From: Camelus dromedarius
Lineage: Eukaryota
Direction of reading: 5' to 3'
DNA: 64,000 nucleotides
Assembly (NCBI RefSeq): GCF_036321535.1
Contig: NC_087437.1
Location: forward strand, 25,236,001 to 25,300,000
Of this stretch, positions 51,506 to 64,000 are shown one piece after another. Each line of letters opens with the position of its first letter. Within the stretch, counting starts at the first letter, position 1. Below the pieces are notes generated by a model. It saw only the letters and a program-made list of their open reading frames with translations, was not told the DNA's origin and searched no databases. Both the position numbers and the translations under genes were made by a program.

Positions 51506-52949
51506 GGCAGTCAACAAAAAGGCCCCAAGCTTCTTACTAACTGCAACAAAGTACTTTAACAAGAATCTCTCAACACAGTTTCTAAATAATGACAAAGAGT
51601 ATAGAGCTCTTTTTGACTAGTAATATTACCTCCTTGTAATTTGTGGAAATTCCTGGCTTAAAAAAATCGTATGATTGATACTGATTGAAAAGGCACAAAA
51701 TCTCACCTGCAATAACATGTCAAAATTTTGCAGTAAACTAAGAAATCAGGGAATACAGCTACTCTAGTATACCCAGCAGAAAAAAATAAAACAACTGGGA
51801 AGCAGAACTCTTGAAATTCAAGACGAAAATGACCTAAAAATGCATTATGGAGTGTAGTACACATACTATAAATATGCAAAATACAACAAATTAGCTACTT
51901 ATAAATTAAATACTCTGCATTATCAGTCAATACATGCAGAATAGTTATTATCTGCAAGATCCATGAATTCAGTTCTTATGTAAAACATTATGCTCATTTT
52001 AGGCATATAACCTGTGTTAACAGCTTGTGTATGAGTGTAGGGGGGGATACAATTTCCTCAATGACCAGCAAATTGGTACATTATCTCTAGTTGTCATTTA
52101 TGCCTCAAGCATTGTTTTACTGATTTTACCAATAAGTGTTAGTTTCATTAGTTATGGATAAAATATGAAAATCCACAAGTACTAATCTATATCAGGGTTT
52201 CTTCTCTGCTCCTAATGCTATTTCATGGCTGTTTCTCAATACTTTTTTGTGTGGAAGAACTACAGGTTCTCTCAGAGGACAATACTCTCATCATTATCTG
52301 ATGAATATATGAGTCAACAGAGAAGCAGTGGCTTATTTCAAGTATCATTGACAGCCGTTAGTCAATTTGCTTTCATTTTTACCATGACAGAAATGCTATT
52401 TCTCTCCCTCACCTGCTGGACCATGACAGCTGGTCAGATACCAAAACTCGAAGAGTACCAATTAAAATAAAAATAGCTAAATCTGGAATAAGTAACAAAC
52501 AGCAGCTTTGGAACAGTGTGAAAATTTATAAGTGATCATTATCAACACCTGCAGTCTACTTTGCTTTGCTTATGATGACTCACTGACAACAGTTCTAGTC
52601 TAGGTTGCACAAAAGGCTGACGAGTGAAAACAGAGAACTCCAACTTTCTTAGTGACAATTAAATTCAATTTCTCACCAGTTACCTTTTTAAAACTCACTC
52701 AGTATATATTGATATCAAATTGCATCAACATATCTGTCCTTAAATTTTTCCATAGTTTAACTATTATACTCTGTGATTATGGGTGATGGAAAAGAGTTTT
52801 TTAAAAAATGAACAAGGGAATTACTTGATCAGTTTTTTTCTCATCTGTAAAATGAGGAAGTATCTCTAGCTCAGAACCATACAGAAAATGCTACTTTCAA
52901 CTGCCACACTCAAGGTAGACATTGATTTTGAAGGTTTTTTTGTGATCTA

Positions 52950-53790
52950 GGTTATGTACAGTCTTCTTTATCAGGCTTTGAGGTTGATGGTCTTGTTCCT
53001 TGAACCTATGACCTGAGAGGACAGAGTTAGCTGCCTCTCCCTCCATATACTCAACATACTATGGTATGACAGGGATATCACTTAGAAAAGGAAACAATGG
53101 AATCAGTAGTCTCTGGCAATGTAGGAATCCCACAGGATCAGTCAGCATTATGAAGGTTTACCACCCTGGGGTTAGGAATTTCCATGATTAAGACGAGTGT
53201 CTGCTTTCTGGGTGGGAAACCCTTGTTCAGTCAGTTTCCTATACCTGTAACCACTCAAAGTTGTTTTGAGCCTGATTTGTTTTGTTTCCTAAACCTCATG
53301 ACTTCCATTCTTAATGGAATTCTAGTGACCATGAATGAGGCCATCTGGAACACAAAGATGAAAAGACCTTATCTTAAACCAATCTGTGACCTGAATTATT
53401 TTATCTAAGAAATTTGATTAGGCATTTTTTTCTCTTGTCCTTTTAAAATCCCAACTCTTATTCTTAATATTTAGAAACAGCTTTTCCAACACTGTTGATC
53501 CTGAGTTTCTAGACTTTTTAGGATACCTCTTATTTATACTGTCACAACCTGCCAATTCTTTCTTAAGCTCATTGATTATTGTAACACCTTATCAAAGCTA
53601 TCAACAACAATAGCACATACTAAGGATTTTTTTTTTACCCAATAACACTCCCAAGAGCTGCTTTTTCAGTAGTTATGAACTTTGCCTCTCAAATTATTCT
53701 GGGTTAACAGTTTACTAAACAGACTGTCACCAAATAAAAATAAATTTCCATCATTCTAGCTTTGGATAATGGTCTCCTCGCCTGCTTTCA
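52950..53790 (-). mobile_element. MaLR (MLT1) internal fragment
   Basis: GACCTATG/GACCTGAGAGGACAGAGTTAGCTGCC...CTCAACATACTATGG pattern resembles antisense MLT1-int. Confidence 0.45.
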
Positions 53791-54639
53791 ATGCCTGTAT
53801 TAATCTGGGAAATAACTATTTGCTTCTTTAAAAAAAATCTGCAAAATTTCAGAAGCATAACACTTAAAACTGTGCATTTTTATAGTGTTATAGTTTGATA
53901 TGGGTTTGGTAAGGGTCCTGAGAAGTTTCTTAGGAGTTTGACCCAGAGATTAATCCTTTGCTTCCAGTCACATAAGATTAAAAGGGAGTGGGAAGGGTCC
54001 CACAGGACATGTTATGGCTAAGCTTACAATTTGTGTCATTCCTCCTGTTAGCCATAATACAGTCACCTGGTCCCACCCAGATGTCAGAGAAGCTGGGGTC
54101 AATTATCTTTTTATTTGACCAGAAAGAAAATCAAAATAACAGTGCTTTCATAGCTTTGTTGCTGCTACACTTTAAATTTTTATTGTGATCATTCATTTGA
54201 ATGTGATCATTACTTCACATTTATTCGTGAAGAATATTTTCACTGAGTGTAGAATTCTAGGGTGGCAGTTATCGCCTTTCAGCAAATTGAAACCATCATC
54301 CATTGACATCTGTCTTCCATTGTGATTGTTGAGCAGTCAGATGTCAGTCTAACTATTTTCCTTTGAAATAATTTATCAGCCCATATTCCTTTACTTAAAG
54401 ACTTTCTCCTCTCTTTTAGTTTATATATACATGTATGTATATGTGTATATATTTTCAGTTTTATTAGGTTGTGAAGTCAAACATTTATACTGATTTTCTT
54501 ATACCAGCTGTACTTTATAATATCAAATAATCAAGTAAAGTTTCTCTTTATAGAAATATGACAATTAACAAATGAAGAAAGGATGACAGAATTATATTTA
54601 CTTTGTAATTTCTAATCTGTGAATGGATTTAAGCAATGA

Positions 54640-55380
54640 TTAGTTTCTGTTAATACTGCTGTTTAACAAATTACCCAATCTTAAGTGGATTAAACTAACC
54701 TTTTATTCTGCTCAAAATTTTGTAAGTCAGGAATTCGGGAAGGACCTGGCTGAGCATTTCTCACTTGGCTGAGGCTACAGTGATATGAAAATTCAACCAG
54801 ACGAAATATCCAAGATATTTCACTCATATAGCTGAGAACTCTCTTGGGACTTGACTTAAGTATCAACAAGTGAGTTCTCCAGCATGGCACTGTCAGAGTA
54901 ATCAGACTTGTTATTTGGCAGCTGACTTCCCTTAGAGCAGGATTTCTCAGCCTTGACATTTTTGACATCTTGGGCTGGATGGTTCTTTGTTGCGGGGGCT
55001 GTCCAGTGCATTGTTGGATGTTGAGCAGCATCTCTGTCCTCTACCCACTAGATGGCAGTAGTACCACCTTCTCAGTTTTGACAACCAAAAATATCTCCAG
55101 TCATTCAGTGATTCCCTGGGAAGGAGGAGGGGGTGTTACATCATCTCTGGTAGGGAATCATTGCCCTAGAGAGAGCATTCAAAACAAGCCAACTGGAAGC
55201 TGTTGGTTCCAAACTGACAGTTTCTGACCAAGCTTCAAAAGTCTCATAGCATTGTTTCCACTGTGTTCTATTGGTTACAAGAAAGTCACTAGAGTACATT
55301 GAGATTCAAGGGGAAAGAATAAATATCTCACCTCTTACTAATGGGAGTGTCAAAAAATTTAACACATTTTAAAATAGTCC
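54640..55380 (-). mobile_element. MLT1 (F/H-like) LTR split by MER20
   Basis: ACAAATTACCCAATCTTAAGTGG...GTCAGGAATTCGGGAAGG...TGTTCTATTGGTTACAAGAAAGTCACTA...AGATTCAAGGGGA. Confidence 0.75.
54938..55163 (+). mobile_element. MER20 hAT-Charlie MITE
   Basis: GGGCTGGATGGTTCTTTGTTGCGGGGGCTGTCC...CTCTACCCACTAGATG..CAGTAG...GACAACCAAAAATATCTCCAG; 8-bp TSD CCTTAGAG / CCCTAGAG. Confidence 0.93.
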
Positions 55381-55419
55381 CAAATTGTCACCAACTTCAA
55401 AAAAAGATAAAGAAAAAAC

Positions 55420-55900
55420 GAAAACCAATGTGAATCTGATAAATCCTCTAGCTCTAACTAGAAATTTATAGGACACACAGGTAATATATTACATGACACA
55501 CACAAGAATTTAATGAGCAAAATCCAATAGTCCAGATCATGAGAAAGTCTAAAGGTTAAAAGGTCCAGTTTGTCTAACAAATAAATTTCAAGTCCAAAAA
55601 ATCTATAAGCCTATAGATTAAAAGTGACTGAAGAAACCTATCAAATTGAAATGTGTGTACCTTATTTGAATTCTGACTCAAACAATGTAAGAAAAATTAT
55701 GAGACAATTAGTGAATTTGGATATTAATTAGATATTTGGTATTAAGAAATTTTGTCACATTTTCAGCTATAATAATGGCACTGTGATTTTGTTTCAAAAA
55801 AGATTTCTTATACTTTAGAAATATGTCTTGAAATAGTTGAGGTTGAAATGATATGATGCCTGGGATTTGCTTCAAAATAATGCAGGACTAGGGTAAAGGG
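55420..55900 (+). mobile_element. L1MC4/5-like 3' fragment
   Basis: CTATAGATTAAAAGTGACTGAAGAAAC...GATATTTGGTATTAAGAAAT...ATATGATGCCTGGGATTTGCTTCAAAATAAT. Confidence 0.75.
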
Positions 55901-57869
55901 AGCAGTCATTTCTAGTTCTTAAAAATCCTATGAGTCTGTGAAGCATCACTGAGTATTTAGAAGCTTGTCACTACTTTATTCACTTTTAATCAATTTTTTC
56001 AAATTGTGAAATGTACATACATTTCAGTAGAATTGAAGAGGTTATTTTTTAAAGATTTAAAAACTGTATTCAAATTATAAAATATGTGTTCATGTTAAAA
56101 AAAAATTGAAAATGTAGAAATCTTTGAGAGAAAAATAGTAATGACTTAAAACTCAGAGAAAAGCAGTATCAAATTCTTACATGTTCTCTTTTGGTCATAT
56201 TCCTATCCATGGACATAATGCAAACATAATTAGGATCCTACTGTACATGCCGATTTCCCAGCCAACATTATGTAATGTGCATTTTCCCACATCATTTAAA
56301 ATTCTCCAATAATTCTCTCTCAGTAAACTTCTACAGTTGTAGTCACATAAGTCCTGCACAAAAAAGTAATTACAAGCTCTTTTGCTAAATATTATTTAAA
56401 GTATTGTTATAAATGGAAACTTAGTTTTGCCTGCATTTACCTATTGGCTTTGAATAGTATTTTTTTTAAGTTTAAAAAAGAAAAAGGAGTTTTAAAATTA
56501 AATTCTTTTACATTAGGAGTTTTCAATTGTTTCTTTTGGATTTTCTAGACAATTTATAAATAACTTTTTTCACCTTTCCAATGATTAAATCTTTCTTCCT
56601 GCTTCCTTTCTTTCTATACTGTCAAAATTTCCAACATATTAAGTAATGATAGTATTAAGCATTACATTTTAAAAATATATATTCTTCAAAATTTCTTTAT
56701 CAGCATCAGATGATATAAGTTGAATGCTTCCAAACTAGGGATGTCATTTTAGTTTTTGTCAGTCCTGAGAGAATAGAGATTCATAGAAGTCTCTGGTCCA
56801 AGATAGCATCAAGAATTCTATGTAAGTTTAAAAGACTAAAGATCAAACCTCTTCTTAGAAACAATAACTAGTACATATGTGTAAACTTAAAAAAATGTGC
56901 AGTATACTGTATATATGTATTTACATGCAATATAATGTGTATGTGCAGCTGAACTGTAATAATTCTACCTAATAAAACTGAAAAAGGAGAAAAAAAAAAG
57001 AATTCTGGTCTAACAATGGGTCATCTTTGTTCACAGGATCAGATCTAAGTCAATCACTACATTTGGGTCAATTCTAGGAGAATTTGAGGGTGATACCAAA
57101 GGCTTTAAGTTCAAAAAGTCTTTGGTGGTGCATTCTAATGATTGCTATAAATGATGTAGAGATGGAGAGCTGAAATCAGGGACTGAGCCCAAAGCCTTCA
57201 GGATATTGGAAGCTGTAACAGCCCACAACATAGCCCCAAACAAGATTTTTAAATGATGGACGTTTGAAAACAGTTTCTTATCCTGAGGTCAGATGGCAAA
57301 GAGAAGGACAGCAACACACTGAATAAATGATAAACTCCATAGAGGTACAGCTGTAGCCCACAAATTTCATATTCAGGATATTGAGGTCAGTAGCCAGCCA
57401 CGGGCACATAAAACAAAGGCAGATGACACTTTTGTACATTATTAAAGGCAAAAGAAAAGTCATCATATGAGTACTAATATTTCTGTCTTGTTGATCAAAG
57501 AAATACTTCCATAATGGTGAAAAAAAATCAGTCAGGTCTGACCAGTCGTGTTTGACTGACAGATATCTGATAAATTGAATACTGAACAAAGTATCATTTT
57601 TACATTTTCTTTGTCATATAGAGAACAGAAGTTAAAAGCAAAAATTATAAAAGCTGTCATAACCTACTCTGTCTCTATTAAGTATTGGTAAAATTGAATA
57701 GAAACAATTACACACTCTATCTCTTCTGGAAAAACTGTGCTGGTTCTAGTCTGTACCAATGGGTGAGCTCTCAGTCTCTCCCCTCCCCCCCTTTTTTTTC
57801 TTTTTTGTCATGTCCTACCAGCTAAAGCCAGCAAGAAAAAATAATTTTGGCTAATTATAGAAGCTTTTA

Positions 57870-58010
57870 TAATCAGTAAATTCTCAGTTACTGGAGATAT
57901 CTAAATAGGACCTGGATGATAATTAGTGCAATTTTGTTTAGAAGGGATTCAAACATCAGAAGGCTGATTGGATTTTATGACCCATTGTGTGACATCCAAT
58001 GCTGAGTTTC
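57870..58010 (+). mobile_element. CR1/L3 3' end
   Basis: TACTGGAGATATCTAAATAGGACCTGGATGA...AGAAGGGATTCAAACATCAGA...TTGGATTTTATGACC...TCCAATGCTGAG. Confidence 0.7.
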
Positions 58011-58219
58011 TTTTTTTTTTTTTTTAATCATAAAGTAAATTTTCTCTACCATGTTCCAGTTATCTCTTACAGAGTGACAGACCACTCCAAAACTTAACGG
58101 TATAAAGCAACAATTTTATTATGTTCACGGATTCTGTAAACCAGGGACTCAGATATGGCATACCAGGCTTGTTTTGCACTCTCTGCTCCATAATTTCTGA
58201 GGTCTCCATAAAACAGAAA

Positions 58220-59270
58220 TAAAAATAGATAACGTTCTCTGATGACAATGTAATAAAATAGAAATTAAAACAAAATAAACAAAATACCCCAAATCAAAAA
58301 AAACAAAAGCAAAAACAAAACAAAACACCAAAAAGTCTTTTCCACCTGGAATTTAGAAGAAAATTCTCCATGAAACAACTCGTGGATAAAAGGGGAGAAA
58401 AACCTGAAATTACATAATTTCTAGAACACACTTATAATGAAAATATTAAGCAAAAATCAATGATTAGAAGAAAATCCACAACCTTTCAAAAGTGCATCAA
58501 CAAAAATGATATAATAATATTTTCAAACTCAAAAGTTTAAAAAAGAACACAAAATTAAGGAGAAGAAAGCACAAGGGGGAGTATTATAAAGATAAAAACA
58601 GAAATTCATGAGGAAGAAATTAGAAAAATAGTAGAAATAATAATAATGTTTTTTTTAATATTCAACAAAATAAACAAGCCATTAGCTAAGCTACTTTTTA
58701 AAAGATGAGAGCAAGCAGAAATACACGAAATAAGAAGTAATAAGTGGGAAATAACCATTGAAACAGAACAAGTATGTATATACATGTACACATACATATA
58801 CACACACACACATAACGTGTATGTATATGGGTATATATATATGCCTGTATATGTACATGCATATACACATACATGAGTAGGTGAGTATGTAGGACTAATT
58901 TCCATAATTCAACACAGATACATTTGAAACTCAAAATGAAATGGGTAATTTTCCATGAAATGCAATTTAACAAAACTGATCACAGTAGAAATAGAAAGCT
59001 TAAACAGACTAATTTCCACAGAAGAACTAGAAATAGTTATTAAAGCACTATATACATAAAGGCATGAGGTCCAGGTGATTTCATGAGAAATTCTACAAAA
59101 CCTTTAAAGACTAGCTAATACTAAAGTACTAATCTTGAACCGTTTCAGAGCACAAAGGAAAACTTCTGGATTTTTGTGAATCAAATACTACACTGATATC
59201 TAAATCAGATAATGATTTCTCAAAAAAGAGAGCTGCAGATCAATTTCATGGAGCATTAATGTAAAATGAT
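58220..59270 (+). mobile_element. old L1 (L1M) ORF2 fragments
   Basis: AACAAAATAAACAAGCCATTAGCTAAGCT, AGAAATAGAAAGCTTAAACAGACTAAT, GGTCCAGGTGATTTCATGAGAAATTCTACAAAACCTTTAAAG. Confidence 0.75.
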
Positions 59271-59656
59271 CCTGTGGAGAGCTCTGGTTTTTGCATCTTA
59301 CTGGCAGAGTTCAAACAAATTTTTGAAATACATTTATATTCATTTTATCCTTTGAAAGTTATCCTCAAAGGTTTGGAGGTCATCCAGAGAGATGCCCAAT
59401 GGATTTACCTAACAGAGGGAGATAAACTACATTACCAGAAAAGTGAGCTTCAACCAGCTGCTTAGGTCAGAGAATATGTTTCTTGACTCAGAGTGAATCC
59501 CAAGTGCAACAGAAGTTTTAACGCTTTATTATTTTCTGTAGATTTTTTTCCTCTTGCATTGAATTTGTCTTGATCATGTTTCTGATCTGCACCTAACTGA
59601 TAAGTTATTTCCCGCTGGTGGCAGCAATGATTGGGAATTTATTCTACAGTCTTACA

Positions 59657-59976
59657 CAAAGGTGGGCAGATAATTTTTGTAAAAGGCCAGATGCTAAATA
59701 TTTTAGGTTTTGAGAGTCATATAGTCTTTGTTGCAACTACTCAACTATGCCACTGTGATGTAAAAGTAACCATAGACATAATGTCAATGAATAGGCACAG
59801 CTGGGTCCAAAAAAACTTTATGAATAGGCACAAAAATTTTAATTTCTTATAATTTTCATGTGTCAGAAAATATTATTTTCATTTTTTTACCATTTGAGAA
59901 AATGTAAAGTCTGTTCTTTGTGAGTCATTCAAAAATATGCAGTGGGCTGATCTGGCCCACAGATTGTGGTTTGCCA
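59657..59976 (+). mobile_element. MER58B hAT-Charlie MITE
   Basis: TGTAAAAGGCCAGATGCTAAATATTTTAGG...GTTGCAACTACTCAACT...TATAATTTTCATGTGTCA...GGCCCACAG..GTTTGCC. Confidence 0.88.
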
Positions 59977-60049
59977 CGGTTATCTAGTCATGGGGTGATT
60001 ACTGTTGAACAATGCTAGATACCCATTCTGTTAGACGAGAAAAAAGAAA

Positions 60050-63000
60050 ATCTGGCTTATTAGTCTTATTAATTGTCTATTTTGAGTTCAGATTGATTTT
60101 AAACTTTGTACTCATTGGGAAGAACACTTTTTGATTGTGTGAAGCAATGAGTACTTAGGTTTGTGCTTACTTTGACCTGTGCCTGGAGTTGAGAAGCTGA
60201 TGCTCTGTGTTCTCTGGGTGTCTGTCTATTAAGTCTCTTTGTCTACATTTCAGCAATGCTTTCGCATTTTGTTCTCCTTCTTCTGGAAGCTTTCAATGAA
60301 TTATATTATTTGTCTCAAATTAAAAAGAATCCTGTTAGGATGGGTTTCTAGAGATAAATAAGCACTTCTCTAAGTAAAATATTTCTAAAATTCCCAGAAA
60401 ATAAGAATTAACCTGTTAATATTTTAAATGAAATAGATTTTTTTAAAAATCCTTCTTACAGAAATTGCTAGCACAAAAACATTTTGGAAATGAGACTAAA
60501 GTTTTCAATTTAAAATAAATAGTTAGTCTTTTCCCTGCTTCATCAGTGTTAATTAAGTATTACACAAGCATACCTTTCGTTTTACTTGGATTTTTATCAC
60601 ATAGAAAATGTTAATCTGAAAATCCTAAACTCATAGAGGTTTACAGATCAAATATTCTGACAACATTCTTATGTAATATTAAGATTATGAAAAATGTTTG
60701 TGTTTAACTAAATTATGCTAATGAAATTTTTTTAGCACTAGCACTAGTAATTTATAATGTCAGTTTAAATATAACTTCTAGAACATTGGATTAATGTTAA
60801 ATTGAGCAAATTATTAGGTAATTCTTAGACATGCAGATATTTTCTAAATGAGATGAAATACTAAAACAATGACTAAAGAATAATTTATTTTTGTATACTT
60901 CTGCTTCTTATTTTTATATTCTACAGCAAGTTTATATCACTGAGGCATGAATTTATTTACCTTGATTTATAATGCCTGAGTCTGAAAAGAAGCTATGAAA
61001 TTATAAATTCACACTCTGTTTTGATGAGCTTGCCTCCTTGGTTTTCTGATTAAATCATTCACCTAAAATGAGGGTCAGCAAAGTATGTTCCATAGGCTAT
61101 AACTGGCCTGTCACTTGTTTTTGTAAATAAAGTTTTATTAGAACACAGTCAAACCCATTCATTTACATATTGTCTGTGGTTTGCTTTCATGCTATAGCAG
61201 AGTTGAGTAGTTGCCTCAGAGACTGTATCGCCTGCAAATCCTGAAATATTTACTATCTTGCTATTTGTAGAAAAAGGTTGACAACCCTTATCTAAAATGT
61301 GAAAAATTCTTTCCCGTCTATGTAATCTACATAGAAGGTAGACATTGTGTCTCCCAAGAAACATTTTCTGTATTTTATATTACCTTTACTATAACCTTGA
61401 CAATGAACAAGAAAGAAAGTTTCCTTCTTGCCGAAAGAGCTAAGATTCTTTACAATAGTATTCGCTCCTTCTATGTTTATTTTTAGACGTTGTATTGTCA
61501 CTTTGATTAAACTGATAACCAAGCGTTGTTTTTCCAGCACTCAGGATCCTCTCTCTCTTAATCAAATGCTCACAGTCCCTATGATAACTTTCACTTGCTT
61601 TCCCAACATCAAACCTATATTTAGGACTTACTTCTTAATTAGATCCACAATGTAAGAGCTACATGGGAAGAACTTGTTAAACCAGGCGAGGCACTCAGCC
61701 TTCCTTACGTTAAATTTGTCTGCTTTTGTGAGAGAGCCCAGGAGCTTTCTTGGTGCTCTTTCTGAACATTGCGTTTCTACCCTCAGGAGAAAGACTAATC
61801 AAAACCTTTACGAAAGAGACAGTTACTATACTCAATTAGAGACTATTACTCTCCTCCATTCTATTACTAGTTGCAGTTATAAAGGAACCGCAGTCATTAA
61901 GTGCTTATCATCTATAAATAGTTTTTGATATTCTTAAATGTGTGCCTAAAGGTTCTGCTATAAATCACAGACTTAGGTTTATGTCTTCAAAAATGGCAGT
62001 CTGAGAGCCTCCTGAAAAGGACAGTACAAGATACTCTAAACAAGTGACATTTCAAAGAATAGAATCGTGGGTACAAGAAGTTCCTGAGCTGACGTTGCTG
62101 AGGCCATACCACTGGACTGAGTCCATATTTCCAGGACAGTTTTTAGTCCAGAGGTAAAAGGCTTCGTGAAACCAAGTCCAGCAGATAAGAATTAATTAAG
62201 TAGCACCCACTGAACTGATTAGAAATGTTTTGTCATAGTTGTTTGTTTAGAATATTGTTGATACTGTTTCAGTGCTTTTTTTAAATGAGTGTAAGAAGAA
62301 ATCTTTTCTCTTCTTAAACTATCTCTAACTCAAGTATATAGACTGCTTTTGTAAATTAAAATAAACGCTTTAAAGTAATATCTTCAGTGAACTCCCAGAA
62401 TTCAGAAACTCTTACTCGGTATCCTTTCTTTTTACAGCAAGAGTCATCTGCATAAGTTAAAGTGGAATCTGTCTTCCTCTTTACTAGCATATTTGTGCAC
62501 AAATTGATTCTATAACCAAGACCTTACCTTCAGTGGCATATTTGAGACTGAGTCTCATTTAGTCAGTTAGGGCAAGACACTGTCCTTTCAGGAATACTGG
62601 CAAGGTACCTGACGAACAGGTTTCTAGTCTTGGAAGTAGTAAGGAAGGACAACTCCTGTCAAGCTAGGAGCCTTAGAAAACTTGGAGAACCTCAGTAAAA
62701 GAGAAATTGCCCCCAAATTCTTATATGAAGTAGGTGAAATTTAGTGGAGAAAGTTTTTTGGAGGTTCGGTTTAATATCCTTGCAATACTTAAAACAGAGG
62801 TTTTCAAAAAGTCCAACCTGAGATTCCTTACGAAAATTCTCAGAAGTTAATTCTGTGACTTCAGTGATCGCTCAGTACTGTGTGCCCCTACGTACATTTA
62901 CAAAGCATCTCAAGGAGACCTACATGGTTAATTACTACACTTGCTGCACGTATGTAATAATCACCACAAACCCAAATGGGACAATCTTTTCTATGAATAA

Positions 63001-63250
63001 TAATCTTGAAAGAGAAATTATCTATGATGACAAGGGGAGGGGGACTGCAACAAAGAACTGTGGATGACTTCAAGTGCACAAGAGAGACTACTAGGCGTCC
63101 CTGTGATGAGCACCAGAAGTATCATCGCAGCCAGTAAGGACTGACCAAAGCAAGTTGTGACTTCACAATGTTAGTGGAAAATAATCCCCAGGAGGACTTT
63201 GCTATGAGAACCCATAAAGGACAGATCAGTAACTGCTCACATTTCCATGG
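60050..63250 (+). mobile_element. ERV1 MER4-group internal sequence (non-coding, degraded)
   Basis: ATAAATAAGCACTT..TTTCTAAAATTCCCAGAAAATAAG, CACCCACTGAACTGAT, CTCCCAGAATTCAGAAACTCTTA, AAAAGTCCAACCTGAGATTCCTTA; boundaries approximate. Confidence 0.65.
61069..61289 (-). mobile_element. MER58A hAT-Charlie MITE
   Basis: TTTTTGTAAATAAAGTTTTATTAGAACACAG...GCAGAGTTGAGTAGTTGC..CAGAGAC; TSD ACCTAAAA / ATCTAAAA. Confidence 0.9.
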
Positions 63251-64000
63251 ATGCAATGTCTGAACAAAGTGAGGTTATTCATATATTCTGATCATCCTTA
63301 TTGCTTTCTCCACCTAATGCTTTTTAATATATTAAATATTTCTTTTGCTTATGAGAGTGTATCTGATTTCATGTTTCCTCAAACTACTTTCTGGAAAGAA
63401 GAGAATAAAATACCTAATAAAGTAATATAATTATCTGAATTAAGATCACAGCAATGAACTCCAGTTCAGTTTTCACAGAAGTGTCCAGTATTTTCACATA
63501 ATCAATTTACAAAATTAAAAAAAAAAAAACCTAGGTCATATACATAAAAAATTAAAAGAAACAAACTCTGCAAGATGTGTCATACTGATACTATTAGTCC
63601 AAATAAGTTGGTTTGTATCACAAGCAAAATCTTAAAAATAGTAATATAGTATCAGAATAAATACTTTAAATGAGTTACAAAGACAGCACAATGGTTAACT
63701 TAGCAAAATATTAGGTCTAAATTATTTGACTTCAGTGACTCTGAAAAGGGCTTAGTTTTGTAGTTTTGTGATTTGAATATAAAAGCTCAGAAATGCTAAT
63801 CATTCCATCCGGAAATTAAAATCATAAAGTGCTAGATTAATGAATGTTTCCACTAAGCTCACACATGCAGAATAGTAAAGATGTTGTGAATTTGTTTTGA
63901 CAAAAGTGATCAGAATTTTTTTAACATTTTCAATACTGAGACTGAAGAAATCAAACATGATGAGGTATATATAATTTGATAATACACTAAGCACTATTAA

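Noticed and set aside
62113..62557. Recurrent mini-palindromes TGGACTGAGTCCA and TGAGACTGAGTCTCA (also GGACTGAGTCC near 10648)
   Set aside because: Arms of 5-7 bp are expected by chance in 64 kb; two lie in degraded ERV1 internal sequence
1..64000. CRISPR arrays, operons, tRNA/rRNA genes or a novel multi-gene system
   Set aside because: No regularly spaced repeats, structured RNA genes or intact coding regions seen; the short ORFs are repeat-derived or random

Overview
AT-rich, repeat-dense placental mammal DNA with no intact protein-coding gene, rRNA, tRNA or CRISPR that I can support. It reads as intergenic or deep-intronic sequence. The repeat content suggests a camelid (alpaca/camel): a young L1 3' tail of camelid type is present, and I saw no Alu, B1, BovB/Bov-tA, PRE1 or Can-SINE. 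This species call is inference. The only gene-derived sequence I recognise is an intronless, disabled APOC1 processed pseudogene on the minus strand (CDS remnant 26890-27154), inserted with a target-site duplication (TSD) into a MER34-like LTR. The rest is L1, L2, CR1, MIR, MaLR/ERVL, ERV1 solo LTRs and internal sequence, hAT DNA transposons, microsatellites and a few unique stretches with enhancer-like motifs. The most notable items are the APOC1 retrocopy, an L1 whose 5'UTR/ORF1 start is fused to late ORF2 at a 6-bp microhomology, two inverted copies of one young ERV1 LTR, a MER20 carrying a full CTCF core, a CpG-retaining HOX-motif element and a perfect 30-bp palindrome. I found no evidence of a new multi-gene system. 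Repeat family names come from recalled consensus sequences, and repeat boundaries without a TSD are approximate.
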